From NCBI GenBank assembly GCA_023247055.1, contig JAHFHF010000007.1, positions 2,186 through 66,185 on the forward strand: a DNA stretch of 64,000 bases, given 5' to 3'. This DNA is from Candidatus Omnitrophota bacterium. Its GTDB lineage: Bacteria > Omnitrophota > Omnitrophia > Omnitrophales > Aquincolibacteriaceae. The notes below the pieces were generated by a model. It had not been told where the DNA came from. It ran no database searches and was given only the letters and a program-made list of their open reading frames with translations. The translations under genes and the position numbers were made by a program. Positions 18,337 through 33,300 of this stretch are shown in pieces (position 1 is the first letter of the stretch; the number at the start of each line of letters is the position of its first letter).

Positions 18337-21300
18337 TTAAGCGGAGATCGCAACCGCGAACTGATTGAGGAAATCGGCGGCAAGACGCGCGAGTGATTCT
18401 GAAATCACATACAGGCCGTTCTCACGCCGGATGGCCCAGCGAATGCCCGGCGCATCCGGGTCGTAACTCAAGGCCGCAGCCAACGTACCGGCACGTTCAC
18501 GCAGCAAACGAAACATGCGGATATTTTTTTGGGCCGGCCTGCTAAACCCGCTTTCATCCGAATTGGAAGCCCGTGTAAAGGCCACCACACGTCCTTCTTT
18601 CAACCTTGGGCTTAAGGCTTGATAGGCTTCTTCAGCGCTGCTTGCCGTCCAACTTACATTCGTAAAACCCCGAAACAATCGTTTAAACCGCAGCAGGCTT
18701 GAGTGGCTGCTGCGTGCGTTAAAAATCACAAAGCGCACCGCGCTGCGCTGTTTCATCACAATGACAGCCTCACGAATTTGTTCATCCGACAGCGCAGCCA
18801 GATCATCTAAACTCAATAGTGCTGTCTTCGCGGCATGCACGGGCTGGTTCCAAAATGTCAATTGTTGGGGTTGTGTGCCACGCTGGCTGCCCGGCAACCG
18901 GGGATTTAACTCCGCAAGCGATGCACTCGCAGATTTTGAATGTTTCTGCGTTCTGCGCAATTCGGCGCGTACAACCCAAGACCGTTCAAAGCGATTCAAG
19001 AGTTGGGCACTTTGAAAATGGAGGCGCTCAAGATCTGTTTTAATTTGGCTTAATTTTTTAAGATCCTCCGCTGAAAATAGCGCCTGACGCGAGGCCGTTA
19101 AAGCCGCATCGGACAAAGGCCGTGCCACACTCGCAGACGAAAAGAAGGCCTGTTCGTGATACTGATTCAGCGGTGATTTTTCAATCGTCTCGATCACCTG
19201 AATCGTCGCCCATAATTCCATGACTGTGTTCCTCAGCTGATTCCAAGACATATCTCGCCCATGGTCATGCCACGGTTTAAAAATGGCTACCAGCCCTTGA
19301 GAAAGCGTCTTCCAAAACGCAAGATTTTTTTCCTTTTCAGCATACTGTCCCGGCAGCAGTTCTTCGGACATCGTGCGTCTTTCGCGGACAATCAATTCGG
19401 ATGCAGCCGCGAGAATATCGAGCAGGGTATTCTTGGCTTCTTCGGAGGAGAGACGCGGATTTTGCGATGCAAGGCTTTCTTTGACTGTGGTACTTAAAGC
19501 AAACTCATATGGACCGTCCGCACCGGCCGTAGTTTGAAATCCATACTGTTCTAAGAGTTCCTGCGCTTTGGCCGGTGTACCGCCACTGTACTCTGCCAAC
19601 GGACGGATAGAGACCTGCTCACGCACGGCCGCTGCTTGCAAAATACGGCCTTTCAAACGGCGTTCCCTTTCAAAGTCTTTTTTCCACGCGTCATCCGCCG
19701 CTCTTTCATCCTCAAAAAACGCTCTCTGAAGAACGCGCACTTCGGACCGCTGCGCAGGATCACTCTGACCACGCCGGGTTTCTGCATCCACAATGCGAAG
19801 TTGTATTTTTAATAAAGTTCTCGCTTTAAATACGCCGTAGAGGATGCCGGGAATAAGGCCCAGCAATCCCGAAAGATGAGAACCCAGTGGTGCAGGAATC
19901 AGTCCCGCTCGCGCAAGTAGGATGCCAGCCGTTTCAACAATACCCGACGGCATTATAATCAATAGTGCGACGCTAAGCAGAAACATGAACCACCAACGCG
20001 CCCCAAAGCTTTCTCTTAGAAGCTCCCGCTTGGCTTCAAAGGATTCGGCGCTGATCGTGGGTTTCTTCTTCGCAAGAGCAGCATTCCAATGCCCCATTTC
20101 GAACATCGCTTCAAATTCGGTCGCCATATTTAAACCTGAATTCTTAAACTTTGTGACCGATTTTTGAAACTCTTCAAGATAGGCCCAGAGAATCCTGTTA
20201 TATACACCTTCGAAATCGATCTTCTCCGGTTCGGGAGAGGCCGAAGAGGGAGAAACCGTGCGTACTTCGGAGCGCTGGTGACGATAATCCAAAGGTACGT
20301 CGCGGCCCAACTCCATCAGCTGGCCTTTGGCCTGGGCGCGCAATTCCTGAAGGAAGGACTTGGGCAGGCTGTGCTCAACACGCTTGTGACGATAGTAATG
20401 CGCCAAAGGGTAAAGCAGCGCCACGGCGATGAACATACCGCCCAAGGCAATCCCAATATTCGCGAGCCTGAAATTGACCATGGCTTTGCCTGCGATAAAA
20501 ACGGCCGCGGCCGTTATGCCTAGGGTGGGAAGCAGCATCCGTTTTTCAAAAGTTTTTTGCGCTTGGTTGATCCGGTCAAGATTCCGGTTGGCATTATCCA
20601 GCATATCCAGCAGTTCGCTCTCGCGCTTTTCCTGAACGAGCTGCAAGACCGTCCGGCGGATTTCGTCAAACTGGGCTTCCGGGTTCGCCAAGACAGGCAT
20701 GTGCTCCATGGCATCAAAAGCCGGGGGCAAATCCAGCCGGAGCATTTGCGGACTAGCCTGATCATCCTGATGATTCAGCCAATAAGCGTATCCCACAAGA
20801 ACCGCCAGCGCCGCATATCCCGCAACCTGCGCCATCATGGCATACTTAGCGTCAAGGAATTGCAGACATAACGCAATTAAATAAACGAACAAAGCCGCCA
20901 TCATGGCCAGAACAAGACCTGTGGGATAATACTCCTCAAAAAAATCCCAAAACCCAGCCCGGCCGGATTGAATTTTATCCAAGTCTTTCAAGGCTGCTTC
21001 CAAAGAGGCCTTCTGGGTTTTGTCCCGCTCAAGAAGATGTATCCTTTTCCGGCCAAACGCGCTTGTGTTGACGCTCAAACTTTGCTGCACAGCCTGAAGC
21101 GCCAATTCGATTTTATAACGGGCAGTCAAAAAATAACGGTGGTCAAGATCTTGAAGCGCGCTCTTCAGAAGGTCTTTATTACCGCGCTGGGCATAGCTGT
21201 CATAAAAAACGGAAAAAAGCCGGGCTTGGAGGCTGATAAAATAAGGATTCCATTTGAGCCAGCGCCGGCTCAGCGAAGGGTATTCTTTTTGCAAATCTTT

Positions 21301-24300
21301 CCAGGCCTGAAACTGGACAAGCCAGAAAATTTTAGGCACTGGAGCATCCGGCCCGGCCGAGGCGGGCTCGCCGGCCGCATTTTGCTGCTGATGTTCTTCG
21401 GCTTCAACCGCATTTTGAATGGTTTCCAGCAAGCGCGCTAAATCCATTTTCTTCGGATTGGAATTAACGTAAAAAAAATATTTTCTGGAATCTTCACGCG
21501 TCTCGATCTCATGCAGATAAAATCCCGTGCTCCGCCAGCCGGCGACACTCTTCTGCGCGATCCTATCGATAGTTTCTCGGGCCTCATCCGACGCAGCGTC
21601 AGTGTATTCTTCATGCCACATGGCCGTAAACTCGGCATCGTTGAGAGGCCCGAAACGCACCTCGTGCTTGAGCCCATCGTTTTGTTTTAAAGCTTTCAGC
21701 GTCTCGTTGACCCGCCTAAGCAAAATCGCCGTTGTGTCCTGCGTTTCTGTTTGAGACGTCTCTTTCAGCGGATAGCGCGCCTCAAGCCGGCGCCAGGATT
21801 CAAATTCCTCCAGCCAAGCATTGTCGATATTGCGATGCAAAACCGACTTCATATCCTGCAAAATGCCGTTCCAGGGTATCTGAGAATATCGCGCGTCAAC
21901 AAAATAAAGATGTTTAAACTTAGCGTCCCGGAAGCCTGTTGCAGCAGAGGACTCAATGCGTTCATAAAGAGGACTGCGCAGATACGTGGCATTCAGGAAA
22001 CCTTTTTCACGCAACTCCTGATTGAGATGCCTCCCGCTGCTAGCTTGCAAGGGGGCAATTATCTCCTGCCAACGGGGATCTTGCGTAGTCAGAACTGTCA
22101 ATTCATGGAGATAGGGCAGAAAATCCGATTTAATTCCCGCTAAAACACGGTTGACGTCCACCGTAAAGGTCTCGATCTCCGCATGGCTGACGCGAACTTC
22201 GGAACGTCCAGTTCCGAAGTCGTCTGCCTGCACTTCGGAGAGGCTTGGCATAATCCATTTATTTTGTGAAAAATAATAAATATATTGACTAATAAGCATT
22301 CCTACGATATCCTGCCCACTGATCAAACCTTGATGGAGCGCCGCTATGGAAAACAATTCTGATCTCTCAGCCAAATGGGCTTTTGCGGCCAAGAGCCTTA
22401 TGACCTTTGCCCAAATTTTGACAACCGGAGCATTGGCAACAAAGCTTTTTAGTGAGCTCCCAATACCCTGGAGAATGGCCGTCGCCATTGGAGTTTTTTT
22501 GTTGATTATCGTAGCTATCCTGATATATCCTGCCGGTACAAAGGAACCCAATTGATATGGAAATCCCCATTCTTCTTTCTGTGATGGCCATCGGTATTTA
22601 TATCTGGTACCTGATTGATCAACACCAGATGAAAAAACGAAAGCAGTCTCACTAATTCCAAATGTATCCAGAAATTTTAATCGCCGTGATGGTGCCCTTT
22701 TTAGGAGCTTTTGTCTGGTATCTGATTGATCAGAACCGAATGCGAAAACGGAAACAGCCGCATTAATTTTTTTCTTTTTTAGCCCTTCCCGCATTTCTGA
22801 ACGCATGGCTGGCATAGCCGCTTGCTCCTGTAACAACCGTTCTACGGCGGCGGCATAATCCTGCACGGCCTTGGGCACATCCGGATTTTCGATAGGCGAT
22901 TTACTCAGGCTGCCGGCCATGCCGCGTCCACCGGCCTCCTCATAGCCCTGCGCCCTCAAATCTTGCCAGAAAGGCTCCGATAAATTTAAAAAGCGGCCGT
23001 CAGCATCCATAAACGTACGGATTTTGAATAAACGCGCAGGTCTCCCCGATCTCGGCGCAGCCGCCTTGACGGGCGTCGATACCACGATGGCTGAAATGCC
23101 CCTGAGCAAATCGGGCCGTTCCGAGCTCAGATATTGATAGGCCGAGGAACTCCAAACTTCTTTGGCTTCGTCATCAGGCACATAAAAGAAAAGCACGGGT
23201 CCGGCTTTACGCACCGTGCCTTGAGGCAGTCCCGGCACATCGAAACCGCCGCGCTGAATCATTTTTGCAATTACTTCGCGGTTTGTAAAATCACGCTGCG
23301 CGCCCCGGGCAAATAAATCGGCCATTTCCGGATCATCCGCTTGCAGGCGTCCCCTCTGGATGGCTTCATAAAGCCCGGCGGCGGAATAGGTCTTTCCTAG
23401 TTGCAACCCAAAGAACAGCGCGGAGCGGACTTTACGAATACCCTCCTCATAGGCCCATTCACCGGCAACTACTTTTTCTTCGATGGCTAAGAGGGTATTG
23501 TAAAAAATGAGCATGGTGTTCTGAGACTCTGCGTCCTGCGGCATCATTAGGTAGTCATTGAAAAGGGCAGCATTCGATAAAATCGAATGATGCGTCCGGA
23601 GAAATGCCGCATCGCCGGCATGCTCCATCACGAAATGCGAAAGCAGGATATCGGCATCGGCGTGGTCCATCAGCGCAAAAGAACGTTCCTGCAGTTTCTG
23701 AATTAAGGCGGTTTCATGATGCGCATGCAGGTAAAGCAGAAAATCGATCAAAAGCACCGTAGTGCTGATGGAGGCAAGCACGGGAAAATCATAATGATGG
23801 TCGATATGAAAAAGCCCGGGGTTTACTTTTAATCTGCCTAAAAAATCGCGAAACAATGTTTCGCGTTCTGCGGGAGTCAAAACTTGATACGGTTTATCGC
23901 GTAATGAAGCCGGCGTCCGCAGATTCACAATGTTGGATTCTCCCATCAAGGGATTTTTTGGGTTAAAATCCTGGATCCGCAGAATGCGTTGTTGGCCAAT
24001 ATCTCTGTGCTGTTCAAAGTAATCAAAAAGCATTTTAAAAACCCGGTCAGCCTGCGGAATTTTTTTGCGGCTGGCATAGAAGTATTTTGGAGTCAACTCC
24101 ACGCGCGCTGCCGGCGGCAAAATCATACTCAAACGGGCCTGCAACTCATCCAGCGGCAGGTCCGGTTCAGCAGCAAGTTCCTCTAATTGAACAAACATCT
24201 CTCTGGCGAGCCGCCGGACACGCGCCCCTTCCAGCCGGTCCATGTCTCGATGGGCGTGGTCAGCCGCTTCACGAATGCCGGTCCGCAGCATTTCAATTTC

Positions 24301-27300
24301 TTCACGGCTCACGCCAAAAAGCGTTTCAAAGTGCCCCCATTGGACGATTTTTTGCAGCATCTGGGGCCAATAGATTTGGGCCATGCGAAAAATACGGTCG
24401 GCATAGGCCTGATTGACTTCATGCCCTGCGTGAAACGTGTCTTGCATATAACGGAGGCGCGCGACCACGGAACCGCCAAAGTAAGAAAGGATCACTCTCC
24501 GGCGCTGGGCAGGCGTCGTCAGATCATCCGCAATCCTGCGCACAAACCGGCTGACAAAATAATCATGATACGCATCGCTTTCATGCCCAGTGACGTTAAG
24601 CTGCTCGGTCCGCAGCATGCCTCTCCATGCCCCCAGCGAAATATCTCCGTTGGCTTCGGCGCTTAGGCGCCGGTTCGCTTGCTGCTGTGCATAAGCATCC
24701 CGGTAAGTGTCATGCTGCTGAATTTCGGCCATGGGCATCAGGTCGATCAAGACCTGCCAAATCGTCTTTGGCGGCTGTTTACTCCCCCTCAGCCGCGGCA
24801 GCCACTTACGGATCTTTTCGGCCCGCTGCCGGCGCAAACGCCAGCGTTCCACGTATTGGTAAACAATATCCGGGTTCTGGCTTAAAGCTTCACTTAAAAG
24901 CGCGCCCCAAACCACCGATTCATCGACAGCCAAACCCTCCTCCAGTAAAACGCGGCCCGCTTTGACAAAACGCACGTAACGCTGTTTTTCGCGGCCCGCT
25001 TCCAAAAGCACCGCCCGGATCTCCTTCAAAATAGTTTTTTCAAAATGGTCGCCGGCGGAAAGTTTTTCTTCGATAAATTTAAAATCATTTTCAAAGTTCC
25101 GGAGCGCCTGCTTGCGCACCCGCTCCGTAATTCCCAAAATATAATTGTCCAGAATCTGGCGATAGTATTTTTGCTCGTTCTGTTCGGCCATGGTCTGAAA
25201 CCGTTCCAGAAAAAATCGCAAGACTACCCGGACGATGATGACAGACAAAACGAGGTCTATAAGATCCACGCGTACTTTCCAAAATTCAAAAACCGTGAAT
25301 TGTCGAATGACGCTTAAGAAATTATCGAAATTGAGCACATAACGAAAGGCTGCCAAGAAACCGGCAAACATCAGAAACAAAATAGGTATCCCAACCGTGG
25401 ACGCTAAATTCTCGACCGCTTCGGTGCTCATCAGCGTATTGCTTCGAAGCCAGCGGCGCTGCCAAGAGTGTGGCAGGATGGCGTTGGCATAGCCATGTTT
25501 GACAAAGTCCGGCACATGCACGTCGCCGCGCAGGTATTTTTTAATGAGCGTCTCGGCCATGTCCTGGCCCAAGCGCAGCATCCGCTCATGTTCTTTGACC
25601 GTGAATGCGTTTTTTTGCGCCGGCAGATCAAAAGACGGCACTCTCCAGGCTTCGGTCGTTAAATTTTGTTCCAAAATATGCGGCCGGACAATGCCATCGA
25701 TAAAAAAGCGCCGCGAGACCACCGGATCATAAAATTTCATCTGCACCAGCGATCCCTGCGGACCGGTCAAATGCTCCTTAGAATCCACAAAATCACGGCG
25801 GATCTGGCCCCGCAGATTGACCCGGTAATACTTGCGCCATTCCCCGGATTCTTCATAGGCGCGCAGCGTATTGGCAATTTGCCGCATCATGGCGGTTTCA
25901 AACTCCAAGAGTTCTTTTGGCGTTAATTGGGCCACATAATCATCATAACGATCCGCATTGAAATTGAGACGCGATTGTCCGGCTTTCAGAGAAGGGTCCG
26001 GCTTTGCGGTTTTTTGCCGCAGCAGGCGCTGAAACCACGGCGTATTTTTCATCCTAGTTTTATAGGACTGCCGCGCGCCATAGCGCAAGACCAGCGGGCT
26101 GATCGGCACGTCTGTTTCCGCGGCGGCAGGGCTGCGCATTTCAGATCGCGCAGTCGTTTCCGGCACAAACTGACCTTCGGAAACGAAAACGGGGTGCGGA
26201 AAATGGCTCCCGATATAACCGCCGCCCGGAATTGTCTCTGCGGTAATTTCGAGGGTTCCGTCTTTAACTTTGAAAATATTTCTGGTGCCGATGAGCGTTT
26301 CGACTGCCACCCGGCTGTTTTTTGAAAGATCAAAAACTCTTGGTGTTCTGGACACCTGGTCCTGGTAAAACCGGCGCGCGCTGGTAATCGGCTGCAGATA
26401 AATTTCAGAAGGCTTGTCCGGATTTTGAAAAAAAACATCCGGTCCTCCGCCATTCCCCATGATGACGACTCCGCCGTTTTCAAACATGGCCGGCTTAATG
26501 ACGGCCTTGCCGCCCGTGCGTTTGGAATCAAGCCGCCGCGTGCGCCGAAAGACACCGGCGGGGAACGCCGTAATGCCAAGGCCCGGAATCACAGAAGCAG
26601 AGGCCGGCGGCTCTGGCTCTGCTTTGTTCGCGGAGCGGAAATCCGCATGATAAAGCCCTCCGAGCGCATCGATTCCGTCCGGATGGCTGATCTGAAAACG
26701 ACCGTCCGATAGCGCTTCGAAACGTATCTTTTGGAGAATAACCGGCTGGGGCGTCCATAAATCCATAACGGCCAGCGGTGCCCGCAAACCTTCCCATTTT
26801 TCGCCGGCTGTCATATGAAAGAAAAAAATGAAACGCGGATTGCTGGTAAAACGCCTAATCATATAATCCGTGCCTCCATTTTCAATGAAAAGCCCGCTGG
26901 GGAAACGCGCTGTCTCAAAAACCCCGCGCCCGAATATAATTTCTTTTTTATTTCCGGAAATTTGTACTGCTCCGGAAATTTGCACGGCGTCAGCGCCGAA
27001 TTCCGGCACAGGCGCCCGAAAATCACTCCAGTTCCTGCCTTTCACGTGCACCGCCACAGGCTGGAATAAAGCGGCCGCGCGATAATCCACATACCATTCG
27101 CCTTCCAAATTGCCGGGATAGAATTGATTGCCCAGCCGGGCAAGAATTCTGCCGGAGGGCAGGCGGATGACGACCTGGCGTGTCTGGTCACCAGGCGCCA
27201 GCGGCGGCTCTTCGCCTTTAAAAGCGGCGCCATAGTGTGCCAGCATCTTCCGGAGTTTGGCTACGGTGGCTGGGTCAACCTCGGATTCTTGCAGCAAGGT

Positions 27301-30300
27301 GTCGGCGCTTATCTGCGTCAGATCATAAGCGGTCTTTATACGGAGTTTCCTTCTAGCGGCAGAAAAACCCAAACTTATGAGGTGGTATCGCCCGATCAAA
27401 AGATCCATATCCAAATTCCGCAGAAACACCTCGACGGCCGATTCATTCTTCAGCGCCAAACGCAGTTCGGCCAATTTGTTTCGAACTTCCTCGAGACTTA
27501 TAAGGCCAAACCCACGAATGGTAAGCAGCTCATCGGCAGATTTTTGTGTCAGTTCACCCAGCGTCGTAATGCCAAAATGGTGCGTCATTTTTCGTGCGCG
27601 GACACTCAAATCTAGCGTTGAAACAGGCTGATCAAGCAGTTCTGAATTTTTAAAATTCCGGCCTTGATGTTGCGCTTCGACGATTTCGACGCGCAAGCCC
27701 AGATGGTTTTCATTCCCGCTTACAGCGTGCGGGATTGACAGGCTGGGCAGCCATTTTTGTGAGTTAAAAAAACTGTCCAGTAATTGGATTTTTTCTGGAG
27801 ACGACAGACTGAAGTTTGTATTTTCGCGCGAAAGAATGGCGGCGAGACGCTCGGCCTCGGGCGGTATCTGCTCCAAATCAAAACCGGCGGCCAGCCACTC
27901 GGGCCAGGACTGCCGGCTGTCTGCCGGCCTGTCGCGAATCATGGCCTGGATGCGGCTTTCTCTGAGCATATGACCGGCGAGTTTGCGCGCATGGATGGCT
28001 TGGCCAGCCATCAGATGTTTAAAATAACCCGGCGTAAGCGCCGCCAGCATTAGAAACGCCAGCTTGCGGGCTAACGCCGAATTAAATTCCTTAGACAGAG
28101 TTTCAAGCAAAACGGCCTGCGCTTCTTTGCGCAAATTTTCATAGGGCAGGATTTTTTCACGCATCTGGCGGCTCAAAAGCGGCAAGGCACCGGCTTCCTC
28201 TTCGAGAGTCAGCGGGTTTTCATCTTCCTGCAGAAGGCCCAGGCGTTTGAGAAAATTCTTAATCATGATGAAGTCCCAATCCTCATACTCGCCCTCAACA
28301 TCCTGAACCCCATCGGCTGCATATTGCGGATTCAGATACCACTGGCCTTGCAAATTACCGGCGTTATAGCCCGTGCCGAGCCGCCCCAGCACTTGCCTGT
28401 GATGGCTGTATTTTGATACGACGCTAACTTGGGCGGGTTGAAACCCTTGATAAATCCAGGGTTCCGGCCGGCCTGCTTTCCTGCTGCCGCCGTCAATCCG
28501 TACTTCAAAAGACTCGAAATCAAACCGTGCTTTTTGAGTCTTTTTCCACTCCTTGATAAAATCGTGCAAAAGTGCGTCTCGAGATAAAGACGCCTCAATG
28601 TACCTGCCAAGACCATACATGGCCCATCCCGCAGCCTGGCGCGTCTGGCTCAGTTGATCCCGCGCAGCCCGGTCCGTCAACTGACGGCTGTCGGTCATCC
28701 GCACCAAACCGTCGATTTGTTTTTCGCGCGCCAACTCAGCCATGAGTGTTTTCCGAGTTATTTTCGAGGGGTCATCCACAAATTGAGCGGCAAGCCGCGG
28801 TGTAACGGCAAAATAAATCCTCTGAATAACTTCCCAAGTATCCGCAAACTTCGAATCCTGCAAGATTTTCAAAAGCGGCGCGTGCACGCGCTCCCAGGCA
28901 GACTCGGCCCAAAATTCTTGATCCATGGCCCGGTCGAAAAAAGTATCCCTGACAAAATCCCCAAACATAGGTTGATCCATAAAAACGGGCGTATCGGGCA
29001 TTTGACTCAAATGCGAATGCGTCACCAGCCCAACCCCGCCGGTGCCCGTCACTTCAAAACGGTAATCCGGCCCTAAAATCTGGCTGACTTTAAAAAGATC
29101 AACGCGCAATTTTTCCAATTGGGCGCGTGTCTTGGCATCTTCGGGTTCTTCGCCGGCCGGCCGGACCTCCGGTTGATTGCCGGCCGCTTCAAAGGCGCTG
29201 TCCCAATGCCATTGGCCGATCAAATTATCCGGCCGGTACCCGGTACCCAGCACAGCCACCTTCACCTCGGCGCCCTTGGGCTTTTTGGCCATAATCGCAA
29301 CTTCAAGCGAATTTGACTTTTCTATCGGCGTAATCTGAATTCTCAAAGACGGATCAAAGCTATTGAGTTGGTCCCGGGCATTGCCGTCGCCCACAAAATT
29401 ATGAAAATCCAAAATCAGCCCGTCTTTGAGATTGGAACTGTCATCAAACGCCTGAAGGACTCCATGCTTGGCCAAAAGCCCGGCAATACGGGAAGTCTTG
29501 TAATCCCACATCCAGCGTTTCTCAGCTAAATCGTTTCGCTTATGGGCCCAGGCTTTGCCATCCATCCCTGCGTTGGCAGTCAAGTTTGTTTTAATTTCTT
29601 TTTCAAGGGCTTGATAATAACTTTCTTCGACAAGCCGCGCCCGTACATCGCGGCCGGCCTTCAAAGACGGTTCTGACTCGGCAAACAGAATGCGAAAAAT
29701 GTTTTCCATCCAGTCTTTTTTATCTGGATGTTTATCTTTCGAAAGTTTTCCATCCAGACCAAATAATTCGTGGATTCCTAAAACCACTTTTTGAATCGCC
29801 GCCTCCCTCGACGCTGATTGTTCCGAAGTCATAGCCACGGCTTCGTCAAATTGTGTTAGGACGGCATCGCGCAACTTTTCGGCATCTTCTTCAGGCGTAA
29901 GGCTGTTGGGCCCAGGAGGAAGACCAAAATCGTTTCTAAGAAAAATGACCAGGAGTTCTTGGATAAATGCTTCATATTTCTTGTTCTGTGATTTATCTTG
30001 CGCCGCCGGACTTGGAATAAATTGCAGACTCAGTTTGGCCGCGGCTTTCAAAAGTTGCGGCGCCTGGCCGGTTTCGGGCACAGCCGGCGGTAATTTGTCG
30101 GAGCTGCGGTGCTTGAGGAGGAAATTTAAAAAATGCGGGTAAGCCATAAAAAAGCCGTCATTGCGAGACACCTGCCGCTTTTTGACGGGTGTCGAAGCAA
30201 TCTCGGACGCTGATATGACTTCGTTCCCTGCGCCTCCTCGCAATGACAAAATAGCCGCGGCAGAAGGCAGCGCGGCGCTTTCGATAAAAAGATAAAACAG

Positions 30301-33300
30301 ATTGGTTTGGACCGGGTCCAAAGCTTCCAGGGCGCTTAAAATTTCAGGGGCCTCTAATTTTTCACGAAAATAACGCAGCCCGGCCAGCAAAGCGGCGGCG
30401 GGCTCCTTGGGATAAAGCGCATCCGCATGCAGTGAAACCAGAAGCTGCAGCAGAGCCTGTTGTTTTGGCGTGGAACGGGCTTTTTTCAGCAAATACGGAT
30501 CAACCCAAAAGGTTTTTCCTTTCAGGCTCACCCCCGATAAAAGAGGCTCGGGGCTGATGCGGAATTGAAAGCCGGCGACCGCGAATTTTTCAAGCAGGCT
30601 GCCATCCGTGATCAGCTTGGCGGATAGCGGACGGCCCAGGTTTTCGTTCTGCTCCGGCTCATTTTGAGACGGCCTCGTTTTAGGACGGCCCCGGTGTTTG
30701 GCTTGGGCAGGTTCAGCAGCTTCCTGGCCGAGATATTCGCGAAATTGGCGCAAAACAGCTTCGACATCGCGCTCGCGATGAGTCTGGAAATATTCGAGTT
30801 TCTGGATTAAAGGCGTAAGATATTTGTCTTCCGGCTGCCGGGTTAAAATTTCGCGGGCTTTTTGATGCAGGCTCTGAATCAGTTCATCCGAAGGTTCTTG
30901 GCGCAATAGCGCCAAAAATTCTCTCTTGAGACGGAGCAAAGCCTGATCCGCGGGTGTTTTTTGCTTTGGCCGCAAGACTCTGTCGGCCAACGGAATTTTC
31001 GTCTCCGACCAGGTCTTCAGAACATCGGAAACACGAACTCTCGGGCCGGTCATTTCCGCAGCCGGTGCCACAGGTTTCCGGCGCGCAAGCTGGTTCGTGG
31101 CCCGGAAATCCCGCTGGATTTCAAGCCCGTCGGGATCAAGTTTTTTCATATCTTGCAGCGAAAAGACCTTATGCTTTTTCTTGCGCGCCAAAAGAAAAGT
31201 CGCGTTTTCTACCATCTGCCGGGTCAAAGCATCCAGTTCGGGAATTTCCCCTAGCGAAACTTTGTCATTTAAAATTTCGAAATCAAATGTTTCACTGAGA
31301 AATTTCTTGGCCTTGTCCGTAAAAACGCCGTTATGGTCCCAAAGCAAAAGCAAGCCGCCTTCCGTCACCGATTGGGCAGCCTGAACCAAGGCCCAGTTTT
31401 TCATGCTCACGCCATGCTTGTTTCGGATTCTTCCGGGCGGTTTGGCAATTTCAGAGGACGAAACAAAGTCAAAATGATTTTGCGGCAGCGCATCCTGATA
31501 CAAATCGTAATCACTTTGGCCGGCTGGCTGTTGCGGAAAATGCTGCTCAAGCTGCCAGGCCCGGCCCAAACCGCGGGCCTGAGCGGAACTGTCGACTTCA
31601 AAGTAGCTGAAATTGCGGACGGGAATCTTTTGGCGTGCGAAAAGCGCTTCCATCTGCGCCAAAACACGCAGATCCACCGAAGGGCCGGAAGCTAAAAAGG
31701 CCCAGCGCGGCGCCGGCGCGCCCTGCGCAGTCCGGTTTAAATCGATCGTCCCCTTTTCGTGCAAATGTAAAAGATGGCCATAAAGCGCTTCGGTCGCGGG
31801 TGTTGCTGCCACATCGTTAATCGCGGAAGCGTAAAGCGCCATGCCCTGGTCCCACAAAGCCTGGGCTTGGTCATTTTTGCCTTCATACAACCGGCTGTAA
31901 ACTTGCGCAAGCCAATGACGCACTTCCTGAGCAATGGTTTTACGTTTGGCGCGGCGCTTTTCGCGATCCTCAAGCTGTTTGATATTGCGGCGCATGTGGT
32001 CCATGCGGAGTTTGCCGCGGATAATCTGATCAAACAGCGATTCTTTGTGTTTTAAAATATCTAAAATGTCATCATCGACCGTATCGGCCACGACAAACGC
32101 ATACACCCGCACTTCTTTATCCTGGCCAATGCGGTAGACGCGGCCGATGGCCTGGTCCAGCTTGGCATTGGTGTAGGGCAGGTCCGTCAGTAAAACATGG
32201 TTGGCCTTGAGCGTATGCCCTTCGCCGCTCAGATCAATCGTGCTGAGAAAAACTTTTTGATCGAGGTCCTTGTTAAACCGGGCAATCACTCCTTCGCGAA
32301 GTTTGGGATCTTTATGCGTCTTACTGTCCAGATAAGCGACGGCCTCCGCCCCCATTTCTTTGGCCAGCATGTCTTTCAGGCGCTGAACCACCTTGCGGTA
32401 ACGGCTAAAAATCACAGCCCTTTCTCCGGAAGCGGCAATGGCCTTTATTTTTTCAATTACCGCGCGGTACTTGGCCGGCGAATCATGCCGCACCGGTTCC
32501 GAAGCGCGCAACAGTTCCAGCACAGGCCCACGCAAAAGCTCAAGACTTTCATAATATTCACGTTCATCGCGGCCTGATTTGGATACTAACAAGGACTCAT
32601 CCATTGAGGCCCTGACCCGCTCAAGCAACTCTTCATGGGTCCGGTCCGCGTCAGGCATCAACGGTTTGAGGAGACGCAGATCGATCAACGTTTTGACTTT
32701 TCGCAGCAGTGCTTCAAACTTTTTAGTCTTGGCGGTTCGGAGATCTTTTTCAGAGACCGCCAAAAGCTCCAGATCAATCAGAATTTGTTTCTGCTTTTCA
32801 AAATGCGCAAACGTCTCCATCTGCCTTTGATTGCCGAGCGCGTATTGATGATCTTCTTCTTCCAAAACAGCCTTCTGGGCTGGGTCGATTGTCACAGGAA
32901 TTATTTCAAGCGGGTGTTTTTTGGGAAGGTATCCCATGACTTGCGTAATGGTGCGGCGCAGAAAATATTTCTGATTGAGTTCAATATTGAGCTGCGCCAG
33001 ATGCAGCGGATCTTCGGTCACTTCCGCGCTAAAGCTGTCAAAATCCGGAAAGCGGGCGGGGTCTGCGGCATTCAACGCCACAAACAAATCGCCCACGCCA
33101 TTGACCACCGTCGTGCCCGAAAGATAAATCGCCGCCGCCTTATCTTTTTTAAGCCGGATAAACTGCTTGGATCTTTGGGTCTCGGGATTGCGCAGCCAGT
33201 GGATTTCATCGCCGATGATAAAATCCGGCGCCCAGGTATTGAGGGCATCCACCAAGGCTCCGCCGGTCTTGGCCGCGCCCAGGGCCTGGTAGCTCATGAG

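Noticed and set aside
22346-22770. Three consecutive small plus-strand ORFs encoding single-TM peptides, two of them paralogous (MEIPILLSVMAIGIYIWYLIDQHQMKKRKQSH and MYPEILIAVMVPFLGAFVWYLIDQNRMRKRKQPH), antisense inside the giant gene
   Set aside because: The giant ORF sense frame here encodes a tandem protein repeat (SVFAFGSDQSDTRQKLL / TAFVFSSGVDQSGTRYKY). That explains the paralogy. Antisense of hydrophilic codons is systematically hydrophobic. Only the first has an RBS. Kept as a caution, but not called.
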